The notes: generated from the sequence alone by a model not told the origin. 62,056 nt of DNA from Planctomycetota bacterium (GCA_044338255.1 JBIILZ010000006.1:1-62056), one strand, 5' to 3'; counted from the first letter of the stretch, positions 8,930 to 18,581 are shown. Program-made: numbers and translations.

Positions 8930-9663
8930 TTGCAGCAGTGCGTTTCCTGACCCGCATCCCGATGCCTGGTCGGGCCAGCGAAGCCCACCACTTGCACGGT
9001 GCGCTGACCTGGTTTCCACTCGTGGGCGCGGGGGTCGGCGCCGCCGTCGGCTTGATCGTGGTCGGACTGGTGCCGTGGTGGGGCGTGACCCTCGCGACCG
9101 TGCTTGCGATCGCGGTCGGACTGCTGCTGACGGGCGGCTTCCACGAAGACGCCGCCAGCGACGCCGCCGATGGCCTGGGCGGTGGCTTCACCACCGAAAA
9201 AGTCCTCGCGATCATGCGCGATTCGCGCATCGGCGCCTACGGTGCGATGAGCCTGTGGGTGGTACTGACCTTGCGTCTGGGGCTGTTGTGCCGGGCCTAT
9301 GAACAGCTGCCGCCGTGGCAGCTGCCGCTCGCCTATGGCTTGGCTTGCGCCTGGGGCCGCTGGAGCGCCGCACCGCTGCTCGCCGCCTTGCCGCCGCTCA
9401 GCGATGGCTTGGCCAAGGACATCGCCCGCCAGGCCAGCCTGGCGCCGTTGGCGGGCGCTTCGCTGCTGATGATGGCGGCGACCGCCGCCGCCTGGTGGTG
9501 GGAAATTCCCCAGTGGTGGCAGGCCGCCGTGGTCGCGATCGCCACCTGTGGCATCTGGGGCCTTTACCTGCAGCGCCGCCTGGGCGGCCAGAGCGGCGAT
9601 CTGCTCGGAGCCGGGAATCAGCTCGTCGAGCTGGCGGTGCTCCTGACTTTGACCCTCGCATAG
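8917..9663 (+). CDS. cobS: Adenosylcobinamide-GDP ribazoletransferase (cobalamin synthase)
   Basis: FLTRIP, LTGGFHED..SDAADG, IMRDSRIGAYG, GGQSGDLLGA. Confidence 0.95.
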   Translation: MRSLIAAVRFLTRIPMPGRASEAHHLHGALTWFPLVGAGVGAAVGLIVVGLVPWWGVTLATVLAIAVGLLLTGGFHEDAASDAADGLGGGFTTEKVLAIMRDSRIGAYGAMSLWVVLTLRLGLLCRAYEQLPPWQLPLAYGLACAWGRWSAAPLLAALPPLSDGLAKDIARQASLAPLAGASLLMMAATAAAWWWEIPQWWQAAVVAIATCGIWGLYLQRRLGGQSGDLLGAGNQLVELAVLLTLTLA

Positions 9664-9667
9664 CGGC

Positions 9668-11350
9668 TCAGAGTTTGTCGACGGCGCGGCGGATGATCAT
9701 CGTCGCCCGCACATCTCCGCGTTTTTCACAGGCTTCAGCAGCCTGGGCGAAAGCCTGCCTGGCTTCCTCGGTCAAGCCGAGCATGGCTTTGGCATTGCCG
9801 ATATCGACCAGCACCTTGGCCAGGGCCGACTCATCGCCGACCTCGATCAGCAGGCGTTCGGCCTGACGCAGGTGCCCGATGGCGAACTGCAGACATTCAG
9901 ATGGAGCGCTGCCGGCCATTGTCTCGCCGACCTTCAGCAACGCATCGGCCTGCTGCAGGCCGATGTGCCCGAGTTGCGCCACCAATCCGGCACGGGTTTC
10001 GACGGTGGCGTCGGCCATCGCTTCGACGGCTTCGGTGAGGTGCGCGCGGGCCTCGGCCCAGGCCCCTCGCCGGGCCTCGGCGGTGCTCAGCTGGCGCAAG
10101 GCCCGGGCATGCAGATCGCGATCGGCGGGCGTGGTGGTGACGCGCACCAGCCGCTGAAGATGGGCCTCGGCTTCCTCCCAGGCGCCCTTGTCCTGATAGA
10201 TCTCGGCGATCGAGCCCAGAACCTGCAGCGCGTCGCTACGATCACCCTGCTTCTTGAGGACCTCGACCCATTGCTGCATCGCCGCCAGGGCGGCGTCATG
10301 TTCACCACGACTGCGATGGACGCGGGCGATAGCCGCGTAAGCCGGTTCGAGCAGACCCGGGAGATTGGCCTGATGAGCGGCGGCGATGCTCGCCTGGAGC
10401 TGCGCCAGGCCTTCATCGATACGTCCACTGCGGATGTCGGCGGCGCCCAGCAGATACAAAGTGCGGCTGATGCCGTCGTGATCGTTCAGACTGCGGCAGA
10501 GTTCGAGGCTGCGGGTATAGCGCTGCGCGGCCTTGTCGACCTCGCCGCGCTTGGCATGGATCGTCCCCAGGCGGCGCAGGGTATGCGCGACCAGGCCGTT
10601 CTTGCCGGTCTGAGTATAGAGTGCCAATGCCCGTTCGAGCACTGCCTCGGCAGCCGGTAGATCGTTGTGATCGCGATGCCAGTTGGCCAATCGCCCAAGC
10701 ACTTCGCCGGCCTCGACCGGGTGCGCCAGCTCGCCGTAGAGCTGGGCGGCGGCCTCGAAATGGCGCACCGCTTCCTGGGGATTGCTGTTGATGGTGTGGG
10801 CATGGGCGAACAGCTCATGACAGCGTGCGACTTCGCCACGGCGCTTGAAGCTCTCGAAGATCTGCATCGCACGCGCGGCGGCGGCCAGTGCGGCGGCGGC
10901 ATTGCCGGCCGCGACCTGCGCCCGGCCGAGGTCGATCTGCACCGCCGCGATGCGCAGATGATCATTGCGTTCATCCGCCAAGCCGGCGGCGCGCGTGAGA
11001 ATCTCGAGGGCCTCGGCCTGCTGGTTGACCTCAAGGCAGGTTGTGCCGGCGAGGATCGCGGCATCGATGGCGCGCTCGTCATTGGCGCCGGCGAAAATGC
11101 TGAATCCCTCGCGGAAGGCTTTCGCGGCTTCCGCACAATTACCGGCCTTGCGATGCAATTGTCCGAGATCGACGTGCAGCTCGGCGATGCGCGTCGGCCA
11201 CGACAGCTGCCGCCAGATGTCGAGCGCCGCCTGCAGGTGCGGAATCCCGGAAGCAAGCGCGGCGCCGTCCTTGTTCTCGAGGATCATCAACCCCAGGCGG
11301 CGTTCGCTGAAGGCTCGATCCTGGAGCTGCAGATCTGTCGTGGTCGCCAT
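9668..11350 (-). CDS. Tetratricopeptide-repeat protein
   Basis: About 40-aa helical repeats with LG..H...G....A.....AL pattern along the whole length; GGAGG RBS. Confidence 0.85.
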   Translation of the reverse strand: MATTTDLQLQDRAFSERRLGLMILENKDGAALASGIPHLQAALDIWRQLSWPTRIAELHVDLGQLHRKAGNCAEAAKAFREGFSIFAGANDERAIDAAILAGTTCLEVNQQAEALEILTRAAGLADERNDHLRIAAVQIDLGRAQVAAGNAAAALAAAARAMQIFESFKRRGEVARCHELFAHAHTINSNPQEAVRHFEAAAQLYGELAHPVEAGEVLGRLANWHRDHNDLPAAEAVLERALALYTQTGKNGLVAHTLRRLGTIHAKRGEVDKAAQRYTRSLELCRSLNDHDGISRTLYLLGAADIRSGRIDEGLAQLQASIAAAHQANLPGLLEPAYAAIARVHRSRGEHDAALAAMQQWVEVLKKQGDRSDALQVLGSIAEIYQDKGAWEEAEAHLQRLVRVTTTPADRDLHARALRQLSTAEARRGAWAEARAHLTEAVEAMADATVETRAGLVAQLGHIGLQQADALLKVGETMAGSAPSECLQFAIGHLRQAERLLIEVGDESALAKVLVDIGNAKAMLGLTEEARQAFAQAAEACEKRGDVRATMIIRRAVDKL

Positions 11351-11411
11351 GTCGCCTCCGCTGGCAGCCCATAGTAGGCGGCCAGCAGCCGGGAAGAAAG
11401 AGCGAGACGAC

Positions 11412-11669
11412 TTACATCAGAAATGCCGTAGCGCCCACGATCGCGCCACCGACACCGACTGCCAAACCCGCAAACCACACAGCAGCAGGCTCGCGAGATC
11501 GCAGCGATCGTTGATGCGGATGCCGTGGGCGGCCTCCTCTTGGTACTGCGTGGCGCTGATCACCGGCGCCCCCGATAAAACTGATACACACGGCCAGCAG
11601 CGCGATGGAAATGGCGATACGTTTGCCGAAAGGATCTTCGACTTCGGGAATTTTTGGAGTTTCGGCCAT
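11412..11669 (-). pseudogene. Internally deleted/frameshifted remnant of a DUF4337-like membrane protein
   Basis: N-terminal DPFGKRIAISIALLAV and C-terminal WFAGLAVGVGGAIVGATAFLM are in one frame; the plausible middle QYQEEAAHGIRINDRCDLASLLL is in another frame; much shorter than the family. Confidence 0.55.
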
Positions 11670-11740
11670 GGGAACCTTTGTGGTTAAGATCGCTGAAGGG
11701 TTATCAGGCAACGCGCAGGGCGCTAATTGCAGTCATCGTC

Positions 11741-11769
11741 TTGACGGTCTTTGTTTTAACGAATAATTT
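11741..11769 (+). promoter_or_regulatory. Sigma70-type promoter with overlapping imperfect palindrome (putative MarR operator)
   Basis: TTGACG-N17-TAATTT ending 6 nt before ATG 11776; TTTGTT-tt-AACGAA dyad in the spacer. Confidence 0.55.
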
Positions 11770-11775
11770 CCCGCC

Positions 11776-12309
11776 ATGACCGGACGACTCGCTAAGGACA
11801 TCAAGCAGACCAAGCCGTTTTTCAGCACGCCACTTGAGGTCTATTTCAATCTCCTGCGCACCACCGATGTCCTGAGCCGGGCGGCAAGCGGCTTGCTCAA
11901 AGCCTACGACCTCAGCGGCACCCAGTACAATGTCCTGCGCATCCTGCGCGGCACCGCCGCCGATGCTGGACCGGGAACTGCTGGACCAGGAACTGAAGAG
12001 AGCGCCAACCGTCGTCAAAGTCGTGGCGGTCTGCCCTGCAGCGAGATCGGCGCGCGCCTGATCACCCACGACCCGGACGTGACGCGCCTGCTCGACCGCC
12101 TCGAAAAGCGCGGCCTAGTCGAGCGCACCCGCGGCGACAGCGATCGGCGCGTGGTCATGGTCCGCATCACGCCCGCGGGCTCGGCCCTGGTTGAGGCCTG
12201 CGACCTCGACCGCCGCACGACCGAAGCCTTCGCCACGCACTTCGCGGCACTTTCCTCCAGCGATTGCCAAATCCTCATCACCCTTCTCGAAAATCTTCGC
12301 CACCCCTAG
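11776..12309 (+). CDS. MarR family transcriptional regulator
   Basis: LSGTQYNVLRILRG, PDVTRLLDRLEKRGLV, DRRVV.V.IT; contains a loop insertion with a duplicated 15-mer (AGPGT x2). Confidence 0.92.
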   Translation: MTGRLAKDIKQTKPFFSTPLEVYFNLLRTTDVLSRAASGLLKAYDLSGTQYNVLRILRGTAADAGPGTAGPGTEESANRRQSRGGLPCSEIGARLITHDPDVTRLLDRLEKRGLVERTRGDSDRRVVMVRITPAGSALVEACDLDRRTTEAFATHFAALSSSDCQILITLLENLRHP

Positions 12310-12319
12310 GAGCCTGCCC

Positions 12320-12877
12320 ATGCGTCATCTTCTCATTCCCCTCATCGCCATCGTCGCCGTTCCCGCCTTCGGCGCCGATAGCTACACCGTCGATCCCACG
12401 CACAGCGCGGCGCTGTTCAGCGTCTCGCACCTCGGCATCAGCAACACCCACGGCCGATTCAACGGCATCGATGGCAGCCTGACCTGGGACGCCGCCGAGG
12501 CGGCGAAATCCTCGATCAACGTGATCATCAAGACCGACACCATCGATTCCGCCCTCGAAAAGCGCGATCAGCACTTGCGTGGCTCGGACTTCTTCAACAC
12601 CAAGCAGATGCCGACGGCGACCTTCGTCTCGAAGTCCTTCACCAAGGTCGATGATGCGACCTACACCGTCACCGGCGACCTGACCCTGGTCGGCACCACC
12701 AAGCCGGTCACCGCCACGGTTAAGAAGATCGGCGAAGGCAAGGATCCCTGGGGCGGCTACCGCATCGGCTTCGAGACCACTTTCGTACTCAAGCGCAGCG
12801 ACTTCAACATCAAGGGCGTCCCCGGCGTAGGCGATGACGTGACGCTGACCTTCGCCCTCGAAGGGATCAAGAAATAA
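12320..12877 (+). CDS. YceI family periplasmic polyisoprenoid-binding protein
   Basis: Signal peptide, YTVDPTHS, HLG, GRF, RDQHLRGSDFF, GDLTL.G.TKPV, DPWG, RSDF. Confidence 0.93.
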   Translation: MRHLLIPLIAIVAVPAFGADSYTVDPTHSAALFSVSHLGISNTHGRFNGIDGSLTWDAAEAAKSSINVIIKTDTIDSALEKRDQHLRGSDFFNTKQMPTATFVSKSFTKVDDATYTVTGDLTLVGTTKPVTATVKKIGEGKDPWGGYRIGFETTFVLKRSDFNIKGVPGVGDDVTLTFALEGIKK

Positions 12878-12907
12878 GCCATCAAGAAATAAGGCCTCAA
12901 GAAATAA
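12867..12907 (+). repeat. Triplicated gene-end motif TCAAGAAATAA
   Basis: Copies at 12867, 12882 and 12897. The first holds the yceI stop; the third forms TAATG with the next start. Confidence 0.9.
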
Positions 12908-13821
12908 TGTTCACCGTCCCCCAACTGCTGTGCGCCCTGCTCCTATCGAGCGGCTTGGCGGCATTGCTGACCTGCATGGCCCGTGAGCTGAGTGCGCCCT
13001 TCGGCGGCTCGGCGCGCGGCGGTGTGGGGGGCCTGATGTTGGTGGTGACGGTGATGGTGGCGCATGCCGCCACCGCCGTCGCCGTCGATGCCTGCCTGGT
13101 GCCGCCGCTGCTCGGCTGGCACTGGTTGCCGTGGGCCGAACTGGCGGCGGTACCGCTGCTGCTCGTGGCCCTGCCACGTCGCCTCGCAACCCTCTCGTAC
13201 ACCCCGGCCCCGACTGCCGAAGTCTGGCGCTGGTCGGCAGTGGCCCTCGTCGCCGCCGGCGGTGCCTGGTTGCTCTTGCAGCCGCTCCCTTTTTCGACCA
13301 CATTCACCCCAGCCCACCTGCTCGGTGGTGCGCTTGCAGCAGCCGTCATCAGCGTCGTCGCCGGCCTCGCCAGCGTCCCGACGCTCGACGCATCACCCCT
13401 CCTGCAGCGCATGACCGCACTGCTCAGCAGCGCCGGCATCGCCGCCGGGATTCTCGCCACCGGCTCGAAGGATCTCGCGTTGCTCGCCGGGATCCTGCCG
13501 TTGGCGATCCTCGGTGGCGGCCTCGCCGCCTGGGCAGTGGATCGCGGTCCGTGGTCGGGTGGCGTGCTGGTGACGGCGATGATCTCGAGCTGGCATCTGT
13601 TGCTGGCCGCCTCGTACTCGGAATTGCCGTGGTGGAATGCGCCGGTCTTCGCCCTCGCCCTGCCCCTCGGCCTAGCCGCCGGCCGGATTGGCCGCACTCC
13701 CCGCCGTCGAGCGGTCGGGCAGCTCGCCGTGACGTCGCTGATCATCATCATCGCCCTCGCTCTGGCGACGACCCTCGGACAGCCGGCGGGCTCCAACAAC
13801 ACGTATGGTAATTCTTATTGA
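12907..13821 (+). CDS. Hypothetical multi-pass membrane protein
   Basis: About ten hydrophobic Leu/Ala/Gly-rich segments; co-oriented with marR-yceI. Confidence 0.7.
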   Translation: MFTVPQLLCALLLSSGLAALLTCMARELSAPFGGSARGGVGGLMLVVTVMVAHAATAVAVDACLVPPLLGWHWLPWAELAAVPLLLVALPRRLATLSYTPAPTAEVWRWSAVALVAAGGAWLLLQPLPFSTTFTPAHLLGGALAAAVISVVAGLASVPTLDASPLLQRMTALLSSAGIAAGILATGSKDLALLAGILPLAILGGGLAAWAVDRGPWSGGVLVTAMISSWHLLLAASYSELPWWNAPVFALALPLGLAAGRIGRTPRRRAVGQLAVTSLIIIIALALATTLGQPAGSNNTYGNSY

Positions 13822-13902
13822 GGCGTGGTGTGGCACACCGCTGGCAGCCTCCATTTTTGATAGATACCTACCATTTATGAGCCTAGGGGCATACTTCCGC
13901 CC

Positions 13903-15288
13903 ATGACGGCTTCCGGAAATTTCATCTTCATCTGTCCCGCCTGCGGCTACAAGGCCCGTGTCCCAGATCAATTTGCCGGCTGCTCGATCAAATGCCCAGG
14001 CTGTCAGACTCCGCAAGTCGCCACCGCCCCGCTCAATAACGAGCATAAAACCGCCTCTTTCATCCGCGTCGCAGCGACGCCCATGCCGTTCACCATGCCC
14101 CAGGAGCAGATCGACGCGCTCACCGGCGCCCCGGTGCCCGCCGTCGATACCAGGCCGCAGACCGCGAGGCATGCCGCGACGCATGCCGCGACGCATGCCG
14201 CGACGCATGCCGCGACGCATGCCGCGAAGAGCTTCCCGTCGCCCTTGCCGGGAGCCGTCCGTGTGAGCACCGACCACATCACCAAGCAGAACACGACGGT
14301 TCCTTCCGAAGCCGCACCCTTGGCCAAGGCCGTTCGCGGCGGCACCGTCGATTTCACCTGCACGGCCTGCACCGCCCGCCTGCGCCTGCCCGGACAATAC
14401 GCCGGCAAGTCGATCCTCTGCCCCAAATGTAGTCAGCCGCAGAAGGTGCTGCTGACAAGCCTCACCGTGCCCATGGATACAACGCGTTCGATCGCAGCCG
14501 CGGCGTCACCCATACCGGGCACCTCGACGGGGATGCGCGTACGCATCACGCCCCTGCCGGCGACCTATCCGACGCCGCTGCCGACGGCCATGACCGTGCC
14601 GACCACCGCCGTGCAAGGCGCGCTCAAGCCGCTGGCGACGCCTCCACCGATCGAACCCGCAGCCCCGGAACCGGCGGCCCCAGATTTGGATCTCGCGGGT
14701 GACATCGATGCCATCGTCGCCGATGCCGCACCCGCCGCCGCAGCTCCCGTCAAGCCCCACCCCTCGCGTGGCAACCTCAGCACCGAGGCCATCAAGCGCT
14801 CGCCAGTGGAAGCGAACGTTGCGACTTCAGCCTCGGCCTCGCTCGCCATCCGCGCGCGTTCGCGCGGACCGTCGACGGTCAAGTTCATCGCCATCTCCGG
14901 TGGCTTACTGGTGCTGACCATCGCCCTCGGCGCGGGCCTGACCTACTATGCCCTGGCCCTGCGCGAAACACGCCAGCGCCTGGTCGAGGCGCAACGCGCC
15001 ACCGCCGCCGAAGCCGAAGTCACCGCCGCCCGTGAGCTGGCGGCCAAGGCGCGTATCGCTGAGCTCGAAGCCGCACTCCTCGCCGCCCACGCCGCCGCGG
15101 CCACCACCCCTCCCGCAGCCACCGCAGAAGGCGCAGCCCCGGTGACCGCCGCTTCCGTCGAGCCCATCGCCCCGGCTCCCGCGCCCGTCGTAGCTGCAGA
15201 GCCGGTGCCGGTAGATCCGGCACCTGTAGATCCGGCACCCGCAGCTCCAGCTCCAGCTCCAGCACCAGCCGAGCAACCGCCGAAATAG
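13903..15288 (+). CDS. Double zinc-ribbon, single-TM, Pro/Ala-rich membrane protein
   Basis: CPACG...CPGC and CTACT...CPKC; TM FIAISGGLLVLTIALGAGLTYYAL; coiled coil then Pro-Ala tail. Confidence 0.8.
   Translation: MTASGNFIFICPACGYKARVPDQFAGCSIKCPGCQTPQVATAPLNNEHKTASFIRVAATPMPFTMPQEQIDALTGAPVPAVDTRPQTARHAATHAATHAATHAATHAAKSFPSPLPGAVRVSTDHITKQNTTVPSEAAPLAKAVRGGTVDFTCTACTARLRLPGQYAGKSILCPKCSQPQKVLLTSLTVPMDTTRSIAAAASPIPGTSTGMRVRITPLPATYPTPLPTAMTVPTTAVQGALKPLATPPPIEPAAPEPAAPDLDLAGDIDAIVADAAPAAAAPVKPHPSRGNLSTEAIKRSPVEANVATSASASLAIRARSRGPSTVKFIAISGGLLVLTIALGAGLTYYALALRETRQRLVEAQRATAAEAEVTAARELAAKARIAELEAALLAAHAAAATTPPAATAEGAAPVTAASVEPIAPAPAPVVAAEPVPVDPAPVDPAPAAPAPAPAPAEQPPK
14169..14227 (+). repeat. 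12-bp coding tandem repeat GCATGCCGCGAC x about 5 (HAAT)
   Basis: Four exact copies and a near-complete fifth. Confidence 0.95.
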
Positions 15289-15380
15289 TTCATTGCCGGT
15301 GCTTCGTTGAGCTGCCTTGCCCCTCGCGGGCACGGCATAACTTCCGCCACGTCTTCTCATCGCCTTCGCTTGGAGTCCTC

Positions 15381-17033
15381 ATGTCGCTCTCGCTCGCCAC
15401 GTCCGCTTTTCACGGTCAACGCAAAGGCCCCGTGGTCATCGTCGTCATGGATGGCGTGGGCATCGGACCTGACTACGCGGGCAATGCCGTCAAGGCCGCG
15501 CACACCCCAGTGCTCGCCAAGCTGATGGCCGAATATCCCCACGTCGCCCTGCGTGCGCATGGTACCGCCGTGGGCATGCCTAGCGACGCCGACATGGGCA
15601 ATTCCGAAGTCGGCCACAACGCCCTGGGCGCCGGACGGATCTTCGATCAGGGCGCCAAGCTGGTGCAGGAAGCCATCGATTCGGGAGCCCTGTTCGGCGG
15701 CGCCGGGTGGACCGACATCGTCACCAACGCGACCACCAAGCAGTCGACGTTGCACCTCATCGGTCTGCTGAGCGACGGCAACGTCCACTCGCACATCAAC
15801 CACCTCAAGGCCCTGATCCTCGACGCCAAGAAGCGCGGCGTGACCAAGGTCGCGGTCCATGCCCTGCTCGATGGCCGCGATGTCGGCGAGACCACCGCTC
15901 TCGAATTCACCGAGCCCTTCGAAGCCTGGCTGACCAGCGTCGATCCGCGCTACGGCATCGCCTCCGGCGGCGGTCGCATGTGGCTGACCATGGACCGCTA
16001 TGACGCCGATTGGTCGATGGTCGAACGCGGTTGGCAGACCCACGTCCTCGCCGAAGGCCGGCGCTTCCCCTCGGCCTCGGCGGCGGTGAAGGCCTTCCGT
16101 GCCGAGAAGCCCGGGGTCATCGACCAGGATCTGCCGGCGTTCGTCGTCGAGCGCGACGGCCAGGCTTTCGCGCCGGTAGGTGATGGCGATTCGGTGGTGT
16201 TCTTCAATTTCCGTGGCGATCGTTCGATCGAGATCAGCAAAGCCTTTCTCGAGCGCAAGGCCGAGGGCGTGCCCTTCGACCGCAAGCACCTCCCAGAGGT
16301 CTGCTATGCCGGGATGATGACCTACGACGGCGACACCAATCTGCCGCCGCGCATCCTCGTCGCCCCGCCGGTGATCGATCGCACCCTCGGCCAATACCTC
16401 GCCGGTTCGGGCGTGCGCCAGCTGGCCTGCAGCGAGACGCAGAAGTACGGCCATGTGACCTTCTTCTGGAACGGCAACCGCTCGGGCTACATCGACCCCA
16501 AGCTTGAACGCTACATCGAAGTCCCCAGCGACCGCGTCAGCTTCGACGAACGTCCGTGGATGAAATCGGCTGAGATCACCGACGCCGTTGCCGCCGAGCT
16601 GCGCGCCAATCCCTATGGGCTGGCGCGTCTTAACTATCCCAACGGCGACATGGTCGGCCACACCGGCAATTTCAACTCGACGCGAATGGCGGTCGAAGCC
16701 GTCGATCTGTCGCTCGGCCGGCTGTTGCCGGTGATCAAGGAACTCGGGGGCGTGGCCCTGATCACCGCCGACCATGGCAACGCCGACGAGATGTATGAGA
16801 TCGACAAGAAGGGCGGGGTTAAAACCGAGAACGGCAGGCCCAAGGCCAAGACCAGCCACACCCTCAACCACGTGCCGTTCATCGTCTACGATCCGCAATT
16901 CAAGGGCGAATACGCCATCGACACCAGCGTCGCCCAGCCCGGCCTCGCCAATGTCGCCGCCACCGCCCTGGCCCTGATGGGCTATCAGGCGCCCAGCGAC
17001 TACGAGCGCTCGATCATCGCGTTCAACAAGTAG
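15381..17033 (+). CDS. gpmI: 2,3-bisphosphoglycerate-independent phosphoglycerate mutase
   Basis: MDGVG, MGNSEVGH, LSDGNVHSH, DGRD, NFRGDR, SETQKYGHVTFF, DMVGHTG, TADHGNA, TSHT. Confidence 0.96.
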   Translation: MSLSLATSAFHGQRKGPVVIVVMDGVGIGPDYAGNAVKAAHTPVLAKLMAEYPHVALRAHGTAVGMPSDADMGNSEVGHNALGAGRIFDQGAKLVQEAIDSGALFGGAGWTDIVTNATTKQSTLHLIGLLSDGNVHSHINHLKALILDAKKRGVTKVAVHALLDGRDVGETTALEFTEPFEAWLTSVDPRYGIASGGGRMWLTMDRYDADWSMVERGWQTHVLAEGRRFPSASAAVKAFRAEKPGVIDQDLPAFVVERDGQAFAPVGDGDSVVFFNFRGDRSIEISKAFLERKAEGVPFDRKHLPEVCYAGMMTYDGDTNLPPRILVAPPVIDRTLGQYLAGSGVRQLACSETQKYGHVTFFWNGNRSGYIDPKLERYIEVPSDRVSFDERPWMKSAEITDAVAAELRANPYGLARLNYPNGDMVGHTGNFNSTRMAVEAVDLSLGRLLPVIKELGGVALITADHGNADEMYEIDKKGGVKTENGRPKAKTSHTLNHVPFIVYDPQFKGEYAIDTSVAQPGLANVAATALALMGYQAPSDYERSIIAFNK

Positions 17034-17062
17034 CAAGTAAGACCCTGGCACCGCGCCCAGCC

Positions 17063-17749
17063 ATGCGCCTGGCGATCATCGGAACCGATACCGGCGTGGG
17101 CAAAACCCACGTCACCGTGCTGCTGGCCGCGAGCCTGCGGGCCCTCGGGCGACGCGTCTGGCTGCACAAGCCAGTGGCTTGCGGGGATTGGGATGGGACC
17201 AGCGCCGACGATGGCCGGCGACTGCGCACCGTCGTCGGCGATGGCCAGGATCCGGCCACCGTCTGTCCGTACGAATTCGCTGAACCGATCTCTCCGCATC
17301 TGGCCGCTGCCGCCGCCGGCGTGCAGCTGACGGCAGAGGCCTTCACCGCCCATCTCGCGCGCGTCGCTGGCGACCACGACCTGCTCGTCGAGGGTGCCGG
17401 CGGCCTGCTCGCGCCGCTGACCCATGATCGGCTGAGCTTCGCCGAATTATTACCACGCTGGCAGCTGCCAGCGCTGATCGTTACGCGACCGGATCTCGGT
17501 ACGCTCAACCACACGGCGTTGACCGTGCGTTGCGCGCGCGCCGCCGGCATCCCCCTGCTTGGGCTGATCATCTCCCACGCCCGGCCACCAAGCGCGAGCC
17601 CGGCGATCGCCTATGCCGCCCGCGAACTATCGACGCTGACGGGTTTGGCGGTGCTTGCCGAAATCCCCCATGCCAACGGCATGGCCGCGGGCATGGACCT
17701 GAACCCCGACATGGCGCACACGGTACTGGCAGCCTATCCCTGTCCCTGA
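17063..17749 (+). CDS. bioD: Dethiobiotin synthase
   Basis: GTDTGVGKT, KPVACG, SPHLAA, VEGAGGL, LGTLNHTALT. Confidence 0.93.
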   Translation: MRLAIIGTDTGVGKTHVTVLLAASLRALGRRVWLHKPVACGDWDGTSADDGRRLRTVVGDGQDPATVCPYEFAEPISPHLAAAAAGVQLTAEAFTAHLARVAGDHDLLVEGAGGLLAPLTHDRLSFAELLPRWQLPALIVTRPDLGTLNHTALTVRCARAAGIPLLGLIISHARPPSASPAIAYAARELSTLTGLAVLAEIPHANGMAAGMDLNPDMAHTVLAAYPCP

Positions 17750-17798
17750 CTTGTGAACGTCCGCCGGGTAACGACGTTCTCCGGGCGGAGCATGCCTG

Positions 17799-18581
17799 AT
17801 GCGCTGGTTTCTCTTACTCCTGTGCGCGGTGCTGGTCAGCACTGCAGAACTCGAAAACGCCAACGTCAGCGATCCGCAGACCGCGCCGGTGTTTGCCGAG
17901 CACACCCCCTTCGCGACCACCATCACCGTCCGCAATCCCCATGATCGGGCGGTGCGCATCGAACGGCTCGATGCCAGCTGCGCGTGCATGCATCTGGAGA
18001 TCGGCGAGCGCTTCGTCCTCCCGCATCAGAGCACGACCCTCGCGGTCAGCGTCGACAATCGCAAGCGCTCGGGCCCGCAGCGCATGGGCGTGACCATTTA
18101 TCTCACCGATCCCGACCTCGAGGCGATCGATGTGCAGCTGTGGTGGACGGTGACTCCCGATGTCACGGTCGATGCCATCGCCCCGCGCTCCGAAACCACC
18201 CTCGGCCGGCCCACCGATATCGTCTGGCGCGATATCTACAAATTCGTCGCCAACGAACGTCCCGATGAATTGCAGCGTCTCTCCAAGCGGATGTTGCTGA
18301 CCAGCCCGCAGACAGACTTCGCGGTCCTGGGCATCGACTATACAGGTCCGCTGTGGACCTTCACCCCGCTCAAGCAGAGCGATGGTTCGTGGCTGATCAC
18401 CGCCTCCGCCAAGGATCCGCAGGCGCAATTGGCGGAGAAACTCTACGACGAGACCGTCACCATCCGCACCAACCATCCGCAAAAGGCCGAGATCACAGTG
18501 CAGTTCGTGGTCAACCTCACGCGCAAGGCCGGGAGCACCGATTTCGATCGCAACGCCATCCCCCCGCCGCCGCTCGAATAA
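17799..18581 (+). CDS. Secreted DUF1573-like Ig-fold protein
   Basis: Signal peptide; TVRN...I....ASCACM...LP..S..L pattern; late TIRTNHP strand. Confidence 0.7.
   Translation: MRWFLLLLCAVLVSTAELENANVSDPQTAPVFAEHTPFATTITVRNPHDRAVRIERLDASCACMHLEIGERFVLPHQSTTLAVSVDNRKRSGPQRMGVTIYLTDPDLEAIDVQLWWTVTPDVTVDAIAPRSETTLGRPTDIVWRDIYKFVANERPDELQRLSKRMLLTSPQTDFAVLGIDYTGPLWTFTPLKQSDGSWLITASAKDPQAQLAEKLYDETVTIRTNHPQKAEITVQFVVNLTRKAGSTDFDRNAIPPPPLE

Noticed and set aside
9668-11350. Anti-phage STAND/Avs or CHAT-type defence protein
   Set aside because: Only TPR repeats; no P-loop, nuclease or protease domain is visible.
17063-17749. Biotin operon
   Set aside because: bioD stands alone here; no bioA, bioB or bioF in the window.
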